A DNA stretch of 64,000 nt. Source: Candidatus Saccharimonadia bacterium. Lineage in GTDB: Bacteria; Patescibacteriota; Saccharimonadia; UBA4664. The notes below the pieces were generated by a model. That model saw only the letters and a list, made by a program, of their open reading frames with translations. It did no database searches and was not told the DNA's origin. This document shows, piece after piece, positions 10,294 through 20,783 of the stretch; positions within the stretch are counted from its first letter, which is position 1, and each line of letters begins with the position of its first letter. The DNA is taken from positions 65,254 to 129,253 of the forward strand of contig DASXHH010000004.1 in assembly GCA_036488585.1 (NCBI GenBank). The letters run 5' to 3'. The position numbers and the translations under genes are program-made.

Positions 10294-12279
10294 CTATTTA
10301 ACGTCGAGGCAGTACGGGGTAGGGCTGGTTTCAAGCTGAGTGTAGAGCGCGACGTAATGAGTGAGCGTACGACCGGGCGTAATGGCAGCTGCAGTGCACC
10401 GGCCGCCGGCCTTGTACTGAATTTGACCGAGTGCAGTCGGGGTGGTAGTACCAACCGTGTACGGCTGGCCGGTGGTGGGATCACTAGCGGCGATGGTGAC
10501 ATTCGGGGGAACCACAGGGTAGTAGCCGTTTTGCATGTGGGTTTTAAAAGCGGCGGCGAACAGGGCTAGGTTGCTTTGACGCTGAGAATCGCGGGCGATA
10601 GCTCCAGACTGAGCAGGTGACGGCGACGGACTAAGGCTGGGCGTAGGGGTAACGGGAGTGGCGGCGGGGTCGGTGTTTTCGGGGATATTGGAAGCCTGAG
10701 TAGATTGGCCGAGGACGGACTTATTGCTGGCCGCAGTCTTGGGCTGGAGGAGGAACAGGTATACCATGGCTGCGATTACGCCCACTACTAGCACACCGAT
10801 GATCATGAACACCAACTTGCTAGAGTTACGCGGATGGGTTTCGGGCTGAAGCGGGGCCTTGCCGGCTTGCGGTGCGTTGCTGGGAACTGGGCTCCCGGAA
10901 GCGGGTGCGCCTGGAGTGGGCTGGCCGGGGGCGCCTGTGGGAACTGGAGCAGGTGCTGCATCCGCCGGAGCAGGTGTGGTTGGAGCCATGTCAGTCGAGG
11001 CGGGCGATGCCGAAGGGTCGGTCGGGGGTGCGTCAGTTGAAACGGGAGCAGAAGCCGGGGCATCGGTCGATGGAGCGGCAGAGGTGTCAGACGGCTGGGT
11101 GTCCTGAGGGGATTGAGTGGCATCGGGCTGATCGCCAGCTGGGGCATCCTCTGGTGTCGACGGCATGGTGGCCGCATCCGGAGTGACGCGGGAAGAGACA
11201 TCACCCTCGGCCGACTTGTCATCAGCAGGGCCGTCATCGGATGGTTCGTCCTCGGACTCGGAATTGCTAGCTTCCGGTTGGCTTACGGATTCGGTCGAAT
11301 CGGAAGCGTGCTCGGAGGACGATTCGGTAGGTTCAGGAGTGCTGTTGGGCTGGGAGACACTACCAGATTCTGGTGCAGATTCGGTTACAGACTCGACAGA
11401 CGGGTCGGGCGAAGTGCTCGGCGGCGGATCGGTGGGCAGGTCGTCCGCCTTGGCATCGTCGGACGGGTGCTCGATCAGGTCCTTTTCTACTTGCTCCAAA
11501 GTTTTGGGCATATCCGGTTGTTCCTGCGCGGCTGCATCCGTTTTGACCTCGGAATCCTTGGAATTCTCATCAACGGTATCTTTATCATCGATTGCTTTTG
11601 CGCCAGAGTTAGGTCGATCCGAGTCTTCGTCTTTCGAGTCTTCGTCTTTCGAGTCTTCGTCCTTAGATTCCCCGTCTTGCTTCTTTTTGGACGGCTTGTG
11701 CTTCTTGTGGACATCAGAGGCTGTGACGGGTGCAAGATGGGTGATAGACGGAGACTTCTCTTGATCATCCTGAGGCTGCTTGTCTTCAGAAGGTTGAGTG
11801 TTGTTGTCGGCTTCGGGCTCGATTTCCGGCTTGGCTTCTGCCTCGGCCTTGGCAGAGTCGACTGAAGGGGATTCGGGGCTGGAAGTACTGGAATCCTTGG
11901 ATTCGGCGCCCTCCGTATTGCCAGATGAGGCCTTCTCCACCTCGGCCACCGCTTTTTCCACCGCATTCAAATCAGCGTCGGAAGGCACAGCCGATACCGC
12001 ATCCGGCTTATCCGAATCGGAAGATTCGGAATTATCGCTTGCAGCGTCGGCTACAACTGGCTCTGGAGTCGAGGGTTGATCGGTAGTACCAGCAGTAACT
12101 GGTGTTGAGGCTGCGGATTCGGTCTTGGGAGGATCTGAGCTCGGGATATTGGCATGATCAGTAGTGATAGTAGCCGAGGAGGCGGGACCAGAGCTATCTG
12201 GCACGATGTTGCCGCAAGAGACGCAAAGCCACCCTGCGCGTGAGCGCACCATATCGTTATTACAGTTGGGGCATTTCAT
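10294..12279 (-). CDS. Zn-ribbon + long acidic/Pro-Ser disordered region + TM + pilin-like C-terminal domain
   Basis: CPNC..CVSC at the N-terminus; low-complexity linker; TM LVFMIIGVLVVGVIAAMVYLF; ARDSQRQSNL...GYYP. Confidence 0.8.
   Translation of the reverse strand: MKCPNCNNDMVRSRAGWLCVSCGNIVPDSSGPASSATITTDHANIPSSDPPKTESAASTPVTAGTTDQPSTPEPVVADAASDNSESSDSDKPDAVSAVPSDADLNAVEKAVAEVEKASSGNTEGAESKDSSTSSPESPSVDSAKAEAEAKPEIEPEADNNTQPSEDKQPQDDQEKSPSITHLAPVTASDVHKKHKPSKKKQDGESKDEDSKDEDSKDEDSDRPNSGAKAIDDKDTVDENSKDSEVKTDAAAQEQPDMPKTLEQVEKDLIEHPSDDAKADDLPTDPPPSTSPDPSVESVTESAPESGSVSQPNSTPEPTESSSEHASDSTESVSQPEASNSESEDEPSDDGPADDKSAEGDVSSRVTPDAATMPSTPEDAPAGDQPDATQSPQDTQPSDTSAAPSTDAPASAPVSTDAPPTDPSASPASTDMAPTTPAPADAAPAPVPTGAPGQPTPGAPASGSPVPSNAPQAGKAPLQPETHPRNSSKLVFMIIGVLVVGVIAAMVYLFLLQPKTAASNKSVLGQSTQASNIPENTDPAATPVTPTPSLSPSPSPAQSGAIARDSQRQSNLALFAAAFKTHMQNGYYPVVPPNVTIAASDPTTGQPYTVGTTTPTALGQIQYKAGGRCTAAAITPGRTLTHYVALYTQLETSPTPYCLDVK
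11621..11661. repeat. 15-bp coding tandem repeat (DEDSK x~3)
   Basis: GAGTCTTCGTCTTTC repeated ~2.7 times. Confidence 0.85.
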
Positions 12280-12308
12280 AGCACCAGCATAACATATTGT
12301 GCTTACGC

Positions 12309-12740
12309 TTAGTATTCACTGGAAATTTCGAGCCGATCGATACCATTTTCTTCGAGTTCTTCACGATAACGCTCTTCGATCGGTCGCAGCTCTAACAAGT
12401 CGTCGTCGCGATTGATTTCGTCGGCGCCAACTCCGCGCTGGCGAGCCAAGTCACGTTGAGCTAAGCGCTCTGTAAGCTCATCCCAGAACACATGGTCGTC
12501 GTAGTCCAAAATATATTTGTCGTAAACCCCTTCGACCCATTCGGAGTCCAGATAGTACTCGCCGGTTTCTTCATCTTTGCTGATGGTGCCTGGGGGTGCC
12601 GCGGCCAGGACGCGCTGGATAACTATTGAGGCGGCCTCGTCTTGGAATTCGGTGTCGTGGTGGGCGTTGATTACCCATTCACCCAGGTAGATGAGCTCAA
12701 GGAGCTTGGCGTATTCCTCGGGGCTGAGTTCAATGTTCAT
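12309..12740 (-). CDS. Conserved-looking acidic hypothetical protein
   Basis: MNIELSPEEYAKLLELIYLGEWVIN...FWDELTERLAQRD; clean ORF. Confidence 0.8.
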   Translation of the reverse strand: MNIELSPEEYAKLLELIYLGEWVINAHHDTEFQDEAASIVIQRVLAAAPPGTISKDEETGEYYLDSEWVEGVYDKYILDYDDHVFWDELTERLAQRDLARQRGVGADEINRDDDLLELRPIEERYREELEENGIDRLEISSEY

Positions 12741-12908
12741 AGAATAGTGGGGCCTCTTAGCAGACAATGGGCACATTCTAGCGGATTTGGCGACAGGATG
12801 CGACTAACTAGGCGATACCGATGCTTCTGGACGCACCAGGAAGCAAACGGTCATGAGGTATCCCCTTATTAAATGATGATCCTGATGTTCGCTTTTGTTT
12901 GGTATTTA

Positions 12909-13691
12909 TCAAACGGTGTGTTGGTCTAGCTCTTGCGCCACCTTCACCATCCTGGCGAAGGACTCGGGGTTGAGACTGGCGGTGCCGGGGAGGAGGCCAT
13001 CGACATAGTCCATCTCGAGGTAGGCTCGAGCGTTCTCGTGGTTGGAGCTGCCGCCATAAAGTAGGCGCACTCCGGCCGAGCCCTCCTCGCCGTAGAGTTC
13101 CTCTAGGGTGTGGCGGATGGCGCGGTAGGCAAATCGAATGTCGTCGGGGGTAGCAGGCTTGGGCACTTTGCCGTCGTGGTGGTTAATGGCCCAAACCGGC
13201 TCGTAGGCTATCACGATGCCTGAGACATCGGCGGCGGTGAGCATGGCGAGGTCGGCAGTGAGCTGGTCGACCACAATCTTCTCGGCCAAACCATGCTGGC
13301 GGTCGTCGAGATTTTCGCCGATGCAAAGAATGGGCGTGAGGCCGTTGCGGACGGCGGCGGCCAGCTTGTTAGCGATGAGCTTATCGGTCTCGCCCATGGC
13401 TCGGCGCTCGGAGTGGCCGACGATCACATAGTTGACGAGCCCTTTGAGCATGCTGGCACTGATTTCGCCGGTGTAGGGACCTTCGTCTAGGTGGTGGAGG
13501 TTCTGGGCACCTAGCTTAAGTTTCTTATGGTCGAGATCCCTAGCTAATGGCGCGAGATCGATGAACGGGGGGCAAATTACCACTTCCACGCCCGGGTGAG
13601 GCTCGATCTTTTGCTCAATGCGCTTAACAAGCACACTGGCCTCGTGTGGGCCCAAATTCATTTTCCAGTTACCGGCAATTAGGCGAGCCAT
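12909..13691 (-). CDS. tpiA: Triosephosphate isomerase
   Basis: IAGNWKMN, GHSERR, AYEPVWAI, LLYGGS. Confidence 0.98.
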   Translation of the reverse strand: MARLIAGNWKMNLGPHEASVLVKRIEQKIEPHPGVEVVICPPFIDLAPLARDLDHKKLKLGAQNLHHLDEGPYTGEISASMLKGLVNYVIVGHSERRAMGETDKLIANKLAAAVRNGLTPILCIGENLDDRQHGLAEKIVVDQLTADLAMLTAADVSGIVIAYEPVWAINHHDGKVPKPATPDDIRFAYRAIRHTLEELYGEEGSAGVRLLYGGSSNHENARAYLEMDYVDGLLPGTASLNPESFARMVKVAQELDQHTV

Positions 13692-13727
13692 AAATCCCTC
13701 TTTTCAGCACAATTATACTACTAACAC

Positions 13728-14930
13728 TTATTTGTCTTGCAGCGCCTCGACACAGGCCAGTCCCTTGCCGCTCATGAGTTCGAGGCTGGCGCCGCCGCCG
13801 GTGGAGACCCAGGTGAATTTGTCGTGCAGGCCCTCCGAGTCTACAAAACTGGCCGTGTCACCACCGCCGATGATGGCGGTAGCGTGGGACTCGATGATGG
13901 CATTCGCCATGGCCATGGAACCGGCTCGGAATTCGGGCACTTCGGTGATGCCGAGCGGCCCGTTCCAAATGACGGTGGCTTGGTCGTCAACGTCTAAGAA
14001 TTGCTCGATTGTATCGAGTAGCGTTTGGCCGTAGGAGTCGGCGGCATCAACGATGTAATCGAGAGGGGCGACGTCCTCGAGATCGACAGTGCGCACGTTT
14101 TTGGGACCTTCCAGGCTTTCGGATACCACGACCTGCTCGGGGATGATCATCTCAGTATTCTCTTTTTTGGCGATGGCTAGAAGTTTTTTCACCGCCGGCT
14201 CCTGGTCACGTTCGGTCACCGATTTGCCGATGTCATGACCGTAAGCCAAAGCGAAGGTGTTGGCGATGGGACCAGTGAGCAGCATGGCGTCGACTTTGGG
14301 GATGAGGTTGGTAAGGATCTCGAGCTTGGTGGAAACTTTGGCGCCGCCAATAACGGCGACGAGCGGGCGCTTGGGATGCTCGATGGCGCCGGAGATATAA
14401 TCGACCTCCTTCTCCACTAGCAGTCCGGCTACACCGGGCAGAATATGGGCCACACCCTCGGTAGAGGCGTGCGGGCGGTAGGAGGCGAAGGCGTCGTACA
14501 CATAGATATCGGCGCCCGAGTCGTGAGCAAGTTGTTTGGCGAAAGTGGGATCGTTCTTCTCCTCCTCGGGATGAAAGCGAACGTTTTCGAGGCAGAGCAG
14601 TTCTCCGGGCTGAAGGTCTTTTACCGCTTGAACGACTTCGGCGCCAACACAATCGCCCACGAATTTCACCGGGCGCTTTAGCACCTCGGCGGCCTTCTTG
14701 GCCACCGGTTCGAGGCTAAATTCGGGTACGGGCTTACCGTCTGGCCGGCCGAGGTGGCTGGTGATAACAATGCGGCAATCGCGCTCCCAGAGGTACTGTA
14801 GCGTGTCACGGGTGGCTTCGATGCGGAAGGAGTCGGTAACTTTGCCGTTTTTGACCGGCACGTTCCAGTCTAAGCGTGCAAAAATGGTTTTTCCCTGAAC
14901 GTCGATATCGCGAATGGTCTTTTTTGTCAT
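13728..14930 (-). CDS. pgk: Phosphoglycerate kinase
   Basis: DWNVP, SHLGRP, LENVRF, GGAKVSTK, GGGDT, STGGGASLE. Confidence 0.98.
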   Translation of the reverse strand: MTKKTIRDIDVQGKTIFARLDWNVPVKNGKVTDSFRIEATRDTLQYLWERDCRIVITSHLGRPDGKPVPEFSLEPVAKKAAEVLKRPVKFVGDCVGAEVVQAVKDLQPGELLCLENVRFHPEEEKNDPTFAKQLAHDSGADIYVYDAFASYRPHASTEGVAHILPGVAGLLVEKEVDYISGAIEHPKRPLVAVIGGAKVSTKLEILTNLIPKVDAMLLTGPIANTFALAYGHDIGKSVTERDQEPAVKKLLAIAKKENTEMIIPEQVVVSESLEGPKNVRTVDLEDVAPLDYIVDAADSYGQTLLDTIEQFLDVDDQATVIWNGPLGITEVPEFRAGSMAMANAIIESHATAIIGGGDTASFVDSEGLHDKFTWVSTGGGASLELMSGKGLACVEALQDK

Positions 14931-15059
14931 ACCTGAAGTTTATATTCGCTGCTATCGCAATGGAAGGACTTCCGAGGGAGGCGCGGGCATGATTCTCGCC
15001 TTTGGTGACTAGGGCATGGCGAGATAGTGGTGCCGGTGATGTATTCGGTTTATTTTGGC

Positions 15060-16208
15060 TCAAGCATTTCGGCGCTTGAGGCCGGCGATGGCCAAGAGTG
15101 TGAACACTACGGTGAACACCGCGAGTATGGTCACATTGAGCCAGACTCGGTCAACTCCCCAGCCGCGCAACATAACATCACGCAGCGCATCTATGCTCCA
15201 CGTAGGCGGGATGAGGTAGCAGAATGGGCGCAGCCAGCCGGGAAGGCTGGCGACCGGTACGAAGATCCCAGATAGCAGGAACACCGGGAAAATAATGAAC
15301 GGAATAAACTGGATAGCCTGGCCCTCGCGCTGAGCAGCAGCCGATACGAGTATGCCGATGGCCTGGGCAGTAACTGCTGTGAGCACGACAAGCAGCGCGG
15401 CGACCCACAGCGGCCCGAGTACCAGGATGTGGTACACCCAGATTGCCACAGCCAGCACCAGAAAGCCCTGGACTGCGGCAATCAGGCCAAATGCTAACTC
15501 GTAGCCCAGTACAACCTCGGCTTCGGTTGCGGGCGACACGCGCAGGCGATTGAGAGTGCCGCTGGTGCGTTCACTGACAAAGGCCAGTAACGTGAGCAAT
15601 GTAGTAAACAGCATGACGGCAAAGGCCATGATTCCGGGTACAAAGTAGTCGATATAACGAGCATCTTTGGCTTTCGAAAAGGCATAACTAAGGTCGAATG
15701 CGATAGGGCTCTTGGCGCCTTGGTCTTGTGCAAGTTTAAGGGTGGCCGAGGCAAGTGATGGTATGACTACGGCTGAGAGTTGCTGATTAGTGGTATCCAA
15801 GTAAACCTGGGCGTGAGCGCCCTTGGGTGGCTGTGGAACGGCTACAGGTTTGCCGGCGACAAGTCTGACGGAGACCGATGGGCTCGACTCGGCGGTGAAA
15901 TCGGGGCCGAAGATCACGGCGCCAACCGCCTTACCGTCCCGAACTTGCTGACGGGCCCAATCAGCGTCGGACGAGGAGGTGAGCTGGAGCGTATCATGAT
16001 CGATCTTATCCACCAGCTTAGTGGCGGACCCGCCCTTATCTTGGTTGACGATGATGACCGGGATGTGCTTGGGTGAATTACCAAAGGCGAAGCCAAAGAT
16101 CAACATAGCCATAACGGGTGCGAACAGCATGAGAGCGAGCGAGCGCCGGTCGTGCTTGAGGGTGAGGAACTGTTTGCGGGCGATGGCCGTGACGTGCGCG
16201 ACTTTCAC
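15060..16208 (-). CDS. ABC-2 exporter permease
   Basis: N-terminal TM, extracellular domain, YFVPGI, SERTSGTLNRL, LSGIFVP. Confidence 0.93.
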   Translation of the reverse strand: MKVAHVTAIARKQFLTLKHDRRSLALMLFAPVMAMLIFGFAFGNSPKHIPVIIVNQDKGGSATKLVDKIDHDTLQLTSSSDADWARQQVRDGKAVGAVIFGPDFTAESSPSVSVRLVAGKPVAVPQPPKGAHAQVYLDTTNQQLSAVVIPSLASATLKLAQDQGAKSPIAFDLSYAFSKAKDARYIDYFVPGIMAFAVMLFTTLLTLLAFVSERTSGTLNRLRVSPATEAEVVLGYELAFGLIAAVQGFLVLAVAIWVYHILVLGPLWVAALLVVLTAVTAQAIGILVSAAAQREGQAIQFIPFIIFPVFLLSGIFVPVASLPGWLRPFCYLIPPTWSIDALRDVMLRGWGVDRVWLNVTILAVFTVVFTLLAIAGLKRRNA

Positions 16209-16951
16209 TTCGCCACCTCCTTTCGACCCGCTAGCTTGAGAAAGGCGTCTTCCAAGGATTTGGTGCCTGTCTTGCGGATAAGTTCGGCTGGCGCGTCTTC
16301 GGCGATGAGCCGACCGTGGTTTACTAGACCGACTCTCTCACAACGCATGGCTTCATCCATATAATGCGTGGTAATGAGGATGGTGGTGCCTTCGGCCTGC
16401 ATACTGCGGAAGCGATCCCAGAAGGTGGCGCGCAGCTCAGGATCGACACCAACAGTGGGCTCGTCCAAAATTAATAGCTTGGGCTTGGGCAAGAGGGCGG
16501 CGGCCAGCGACGCCCGGTGCTGCATGCCTCCTGATAGCTCGGTTATCACCTTGTCGGCCCAGTCGGTGAGATTGACGAATTCCAGTAACTCCTTGATGCG
16601 AGCCTTCAGGTATTTCTTGTCCATGTCGTACAGGCGCCCGAAGAGCTCCAGATTTTCCCGAACGGTCAGGTCAAGGTACAGGGCGGTTTCCTGAGGCATG
16701 TATCCGACGTGTGACCGCACGGCGGGATCGTTTGGCTGTAAGCCCAGCACACTCACCTGACCCCCACCCGCGCTAACCAGGCCCGTCATTACCCGAATAC
16801 TGGTGGTCTTGCCGGCGCCGTTTGGCCCGATCAGACCATATAGTTCGCCTCGTTTGATAGAAAACGTCAGGCCATCCAAGGCCCGAAAGGTTTTGTTGAA
16901 AGTTTTTGTAACGTCCCGGAAAACGACAGCCTGCGAAGCCTCAGGCTCCAT
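16205..16951 (-). CDS. ABC transporter ATP-binding protein
   Basis: GPNGAGKT, LSGGM, ILDEPTVG, TTHYM. Confidence 0.96.
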   Translation of the reverse strand: MEPEASQAVVFRDVTKTFNKTFRALDGLTFSIKRGELYGLIGPNGAGKTTSIRVMTGLVSAGGGQVSVLGLQPNDPAVRSHVGYMPQETALYLDLTVRENLELFGRLYDMDKKYLKARIKELLEFVNLTDWADKVITELSGGMQHRASLAAALLPKPKLLILDEPTVGVDPELRATFWDRFRSMQAEGTTILITTHYMDEAMRCERVGLVNHGRLIAEDAPAELIRKTGTKSLEDAFLKLAGRKEVAK

Positions 16952-16972
16952 GCACCCTCCTGCAATTCATTT

Positions 16973-16988
16973 TTCAACGCCTGTTGAA
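16973..16988. promoter_or_regulatory. Putative TetR operator palindrome
   Basis: TTCAAC-GCCT-GTTGAA between the divergent tetR and ABC genes. Confidence 0.6.
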
Positions 16989-17016
16989 TTTCTTATCTGA
17001 ACTATAATGTTGGCAC

Positions 17017-17616
17017 ATGAGCGAAGTCAATAGCATAAGCGGTAAGAGTTTAGGACGACGGCCTGGGCCTGGTGACGCCAAGGAGGCAATCGTTGAGGCG
17101 GCCCGGGTACAGTTCGCCAAAAATGGTTACGACCGCACTTCTATGCGCCAGGTAGCGGCGGAGGCATCCGTGGACCCGTCTTTGATAGTCCATTACTTTG
17201 GCACCAAGCAGCGGCTGTTTATAGAGTCGATGTTGCCGCTGTTCGAGGCACCCAAACTTCTGCCAGTTGCATTGGCGGGCGACAAGGGCACAATCGGTCT
17301 GCGCCTGGCGACGCTGTTTATCAAGATGACTTCAGACATGTCGGTACAGAAGTTGATGCTGGGGGTGTTCCGGTCGGTAAGTTCTGAAGAAGAAGCCTCC
17401 AAGATGGCGCGGAATTTTGTGCAGGACGGGATCATGGATCTGGTGGAGCAGTATTTGCCAGGTCCCAACCGAAAGCTGCAAGCCAATATTTTGGGAGGTC
17501 AAATGGTGGGATTATTCGTAGCCAGATACATAATTAAAGTCGAGCCGTTGGTGAGCGCGAGCCCAGACGAGCTGATCGAGTATCTAGCGCCCCGTTTACA
17601 GGCACATTTCGACTAA
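17017..17616 (+). CDS. TetR family transcriptional regulator
   Basis: FAKNGYDRTSMRQVAAEASVDPSLIVHYFGTK HTH. Confidence 0.95.
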   Translation: MSEVNSISGKSLGRRPGPGDAKEAIVEAARVQFAKNGYDRTSMRQVAAEASVDPSLIVHYFGTKQRLFIESMLPLFEAPKLLPVALAGDKGTIGLRLATLFIKMTSDMSVQKLMLGVFRSVSSEEEASKMARNFVQDGIMDLVEQYLPGPNRKLQANILGGQMVGLFVARYIIKVEPLVSASPDELIEYLAPRLQAHFD

Positions 17617-17626
17617 GCTGACGGTT

Positions 17627-19045
17627 TTAATCGACGATTTTAATCTGGACGCGGTCGGTACCGCCGACGAGCCCGGGCTGGTGGCCGGAAGCCAGCACCA
17701 CGGCATCGCCGGGCGTAAGGTTACCGGCGGATTTGAGTTGGCGGATTACACGGTCGGAGGCACCCTTCATGTCGTCCACCAAGAACGACTTGCCGCCCCA
17801 CACGATGGCCATCTGGTAGTAAACGCGCTCGCTGTCGGTGACCATAACAACTGGCATGCTGGGCCGGAGAGCGGCGATGTTGCGGGCGGTCTGTCCGGAG
17901 CTGGTCTCAGCCACAATCACCTTGGCAGGCAACTGGCTGGCCAACACCACGGCGGCAGCGGAGATGGCGTTTTGACGCTCACCACGCTCACCGAACGACA
18001 CCTGGCGGTCTGGCAGCTTGGATAGCTCCTCGCGCTCTGTATAGAGGATGACCCGTTTCATCATCTTAACGGCTTCCACGGGGAACAGGCCCACGGTGGT
18101 TTCTCCGGATAGCATAACGGCGTCGGCGCCTTCGAGTACAGCGGTGGCGACATCCGAGACCTCGGCGCGTGTGGGCTGGGCCGACTGAATCATACTCTCA
18201 AGCATCTGAGTGGCCACGATTACCGGCTTGCGATGATGCTTGCCGAGCTCAATCATGCGGCGCTGGACGGCCGGGACCGACTCGGGCTTGGTTTCGATAG
18301 CCAGGTCGCCGCGAGCCACCATCACCACATCGGTGACGGCAAAGATTTCTTCGAGGTTTTCGACGGCAGAGGCGGTCTCGATCTTGGCAATAATCTTGGC
18401 GTCACTCTTGTGTTTGGCTAGAATCTTGCGCAAGTTGTGGATGTCCTGGGCGGTCTGCACAAACGAGTAGCCGATGTAGTCGACGCCACTCTTGCAGGCG
18501 AACTCGATGTCAGCCAGGTCCTTCTCCGTGAGGATATCGCCACCGAGGTCGGTGTCGGGCAGGTTCATACCCTGATTGGAGTAGACCAACCCTGGAGCGA
18601 GCACCTTGCCGGTGATGAGTTTCTTCTCAATCTTCTCGACCTCAATTTGTACCTGACCGTCGCGCAGGAAAACCCGCTCCCCTTTTTTGAGGTATTTGGA
18701 AACGTCGTGCTGGACCGGAATGACGCCAGTGGCCTCGTAATCGGCGCCATACTCGAAGTGCACCACAGTGTCACGCACAAATGGTAGACCGTCGGGCGGC
18801 AGGGTACCGACGCGGATCTTGGGTCCCTGGATATCGGCTAGCACCGCCATAGGCTTTTCGTGCTTGGCCGACAGCTTGCGCGCCATCTTTAACACCTCGC
18901 CATGCTCCTCGTGGGTACCATGAGCAAAGTTGAGACGGTACATGTTTACGCCGGCAAGTAGCAGCTCCTCCAGAACTTGAGGAGAATTGGTGGCCGGTCC
19001 GATGGTAGCGACGATTTTGGTGCGTTTAAATGATGCGGCAAGCAT
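17627..19045 (-). CDS. pyk: Pyruvate kinase
   Basis: KRTKIVATIGP, IAKIET, MVARGDL, ATQMLESM, MLSGET; start trimmed to ATG 19045. Confidence 0.98.
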   Translation of the reverse strand: MLAASFKRTKIVATIGPATNSPQVLEELLLAGVNMYRLNFAHGTHEEHGEVLKMARKLSAKHEKPMAVLADIQGPKIRVGTLPPDGLPFVRDTVVHFEYGADYEATGVIPVQHDVSKYLKKGERVFLRDGQVQIEVEKIEKKLITGKVLAPGLVYSNQGMNLPDTDLGGDILTEKDLADIEFACKSGVDYIGYSFVQTAQDIHNLRKILAKHKSDAKIIAKIETASAVENLEEIFAVTDVVMVARGDLAIETKPESVPAVQRRMIELGKHHRKPVIVATQMLESMIQSAQPTRAEVSDVATAVLEGADAVMLSGETTVGLFPVEAVKMMKRVILYTEREELSKLPDRQVSFGERGERQNAISAAAVVLASQLPAKVIVAETSSGQTARNIAALRPSMPVVMVTDSERVYYQMAIVWGGKSFLVDDMKGASDRVIRQLKSAGNLTPGDAVVLASGHQPGLVGGTDRVQIKIVD

Positions 19046-19149
19046 AAGAGTCTTCCAGATTTTAACAACACTCACCATACTCCAACTCTGCCGCGTACGC
19101 CAGCGTTTTATATCTAGCACTAACAAAACTGACAGTGCTGCAGAAGGCT

Positions 19150-20133
19150 TTAGTGGCTAATGCCTACGTTTATAGACGAAGAGGAGGAGTTGGTGATGTT
19201 GCCGGGCGTAACGGTACCGGACAAGGTGTTGCCATTAATGGTGATGCTGCCCGAGGTGGCCGACTGGGTAGAGTTACTGGTAATGGAGACGCTGGTGCTC
19301 GACGACGAATCCGATGAGAAGCTGCTGGTGCAGCGGACAATGTTGGTGGAGCCGGGACCGGTGTCGGTGATGCTGATGTTGGTCGGGCAGGGACTGGCGC
19401 TGGGTGACGGCGTGGGGCTGGGCGAGCCGCTCGGTGACGGCGTGGGTGACGGGCTGGTGGTAGAGACGGCCGTGAAGGTGTTGCCGGTGAGGCTAGCGGT
19501 GGATGTGAGCTGGGCGAGGGTGGAGCCGGTGGCCAGTGCGACCATTCCCACTGCCAAGACTAATACACCGGCGCGAATGTAGACGCCATCGAGGCGGCGC
19601 AGGCGGCGGATCTGACCGGCAGCTGCGGGCACAGAGCGCAGCAACGCGCGCAGATGCCGCAGCTCGGACAAAATTACCACTAGACCGGGAATAATGATAA
19701 GTAATACGAGCACCGCCGGATTGTGGAACAGGCCGAGCGCGCGGCCGAGCCCGGGCACTACGGTGGCCACGCGACCCACCACCAGACCAGCCGGCACTGG
19801 CTGGTCATTAACCTTATTGGCGTCGCCCTTGGTGGTGACGGTGGGGGTGCCATGTAGCCGGCCGGTGGCCACGATGCGGTGCGTGATGGTGACGCCGTGG
19901 TGGTGCGGGTCTTGGTAGGTCACCACTTGGCCAGGACGCAGGCTAGCAGCCGGCACCCGGTGCACCAGTACCAGCGCGCCCGGTGCGATGGCCGGTTTCA
20001 TGCTGGGCGTGAGTACATTGAGGGCCCGCCAGCCCAGTATGGGCGTGGTGAACATTATCACCAGGGCGCCGCATACCAGGTAGGCGGAGAGGCCAAGCCA
20101 TTTCCAGTTAAGTTGTGAGAGCCGGTGTTTCAT
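19150..20133 (-). CDS. sipW: SipW-type (S26B) signal peptidase with fused C-terminal secreted tail
   Basis: VLTPSMKP (Ser), ITHRIV (His), TKGDAN; later a second signal-like segment GSTLA|QLTSTASLTGNTF. Confidence 0.88.
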   Translation of the reverse strand: MKHRLSQLNWKWLGLSAYLVCGALVIMFTTPILGWRALNVLTPSMKPAIAPGALVLVHRVPAASLRPGQVVTYQDPHHHGVTITHRIVATGRLHGTPTVTTKGDANKVNDQPVPAGLVVGRVATVVPGLGRALGLFHNPAVLVLLIIIPGLVVILSELRHLRALLRSVPAAAGQIRRLRRLDGVYIRAGVLVLAVGMVALATGSTLAQLTSTASLTGNTFTAVSTTSPSPTPSPSGSPSPTPSPSASPCPTNISITDTGPGSTNIVRCTSSFSSDSSSSTSVSITSNSTQSATSGSITINGNTLSGTVTPGNITNSSSSSINVGISH

Positions 20134-20156
20134 GACCTTCCTCTATTACAATTAGC

Positions 20157-20783
20157 TTACGGTGTTGAACTCGGACTTGGGCTAACGCTGGGACTGATGC
20201 TTGGGCTGGGCGTAACAGTACCGGTGGTGGTGCCGGTGAAGTCGAGGCCGAAGCTGGCATTTGCGACCGTGGCGGTGGATAATGCGCTGCTATCGAGCGT
20301 AACCCAGACATCGTATTCCGTGCCGGAAGTGGACGGCGTGTTGGTGAGAGTGACGCCGCTGCCGGAGCTGAGATCGGCCAAGGAGGCGGAGTTGTCGGTG
20401 TTAGTACCGGTCTTCTCGATGTGGATTATGACCTTAGAGTCATCGAGGTTGGGTGCCGACACGTCAGCGGCGGTCTCGTTGACGGTCACAGTGGCGTCGG
20501 TGGCGTTCTTGAGCCAGAAATGCTGGTGAGCGGCAGATGTTCCGCCCTCAGTGAGCGATCCGAAGTTGAAGCCCTGAGTGCTGGTGACAAAGGTACCGGG
20601 CGTACCGGAGTTGTCGGGCGCGATCAGGATTCCCCCGCTTCCCACCGAAAAAGTGTTGCCGGTGAGCGACGCAGTGCCAACCGTCGCGGCAAAAGTGGCG
20701 CCGATGACCATGGCGCTGGTGCCGCCGATAATGGCCAGGCTGCGCGCTATTTCTAGTGAACGTTTACTTAAATGTGATTTCAT
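20157..20783 (-). CDS. TasA/camelysin-like SipW substrate
   Basis: SipW-class signal ...VIGATFA|ATVGTASLTGNTFSVG; Ser/Thr-rich beta body; adjacent to sipW. Confidence 0.75.
   Translation of the reverse strand: MKSHLSKRSLEIARSLAIIGGTSAMVIGATFAATVGTASLTGNTFSVGSGGILIAPDNSGTPGTFVTSTQGFNFGSLTEGGTSAAHQHFWLKNATDATVTVNETAADVSAPNLDDSKVIIHIEKTGTNTDNSASLADLSSGSGVTLTNTPSTSGTEYDVWVTLDSSALSTATVANASFGLDFTGTTTGTVTPSPSISPSVSPSPSSTP

Noticed and set aside
12909-14930. Divergent motifs in Pgk (DAFASYRPH) and TpiA (DGLLPGTASL) as inactivation
   Set aside because: Key catalytic and substrate-binding residues are retained; ordinary lineage divergence
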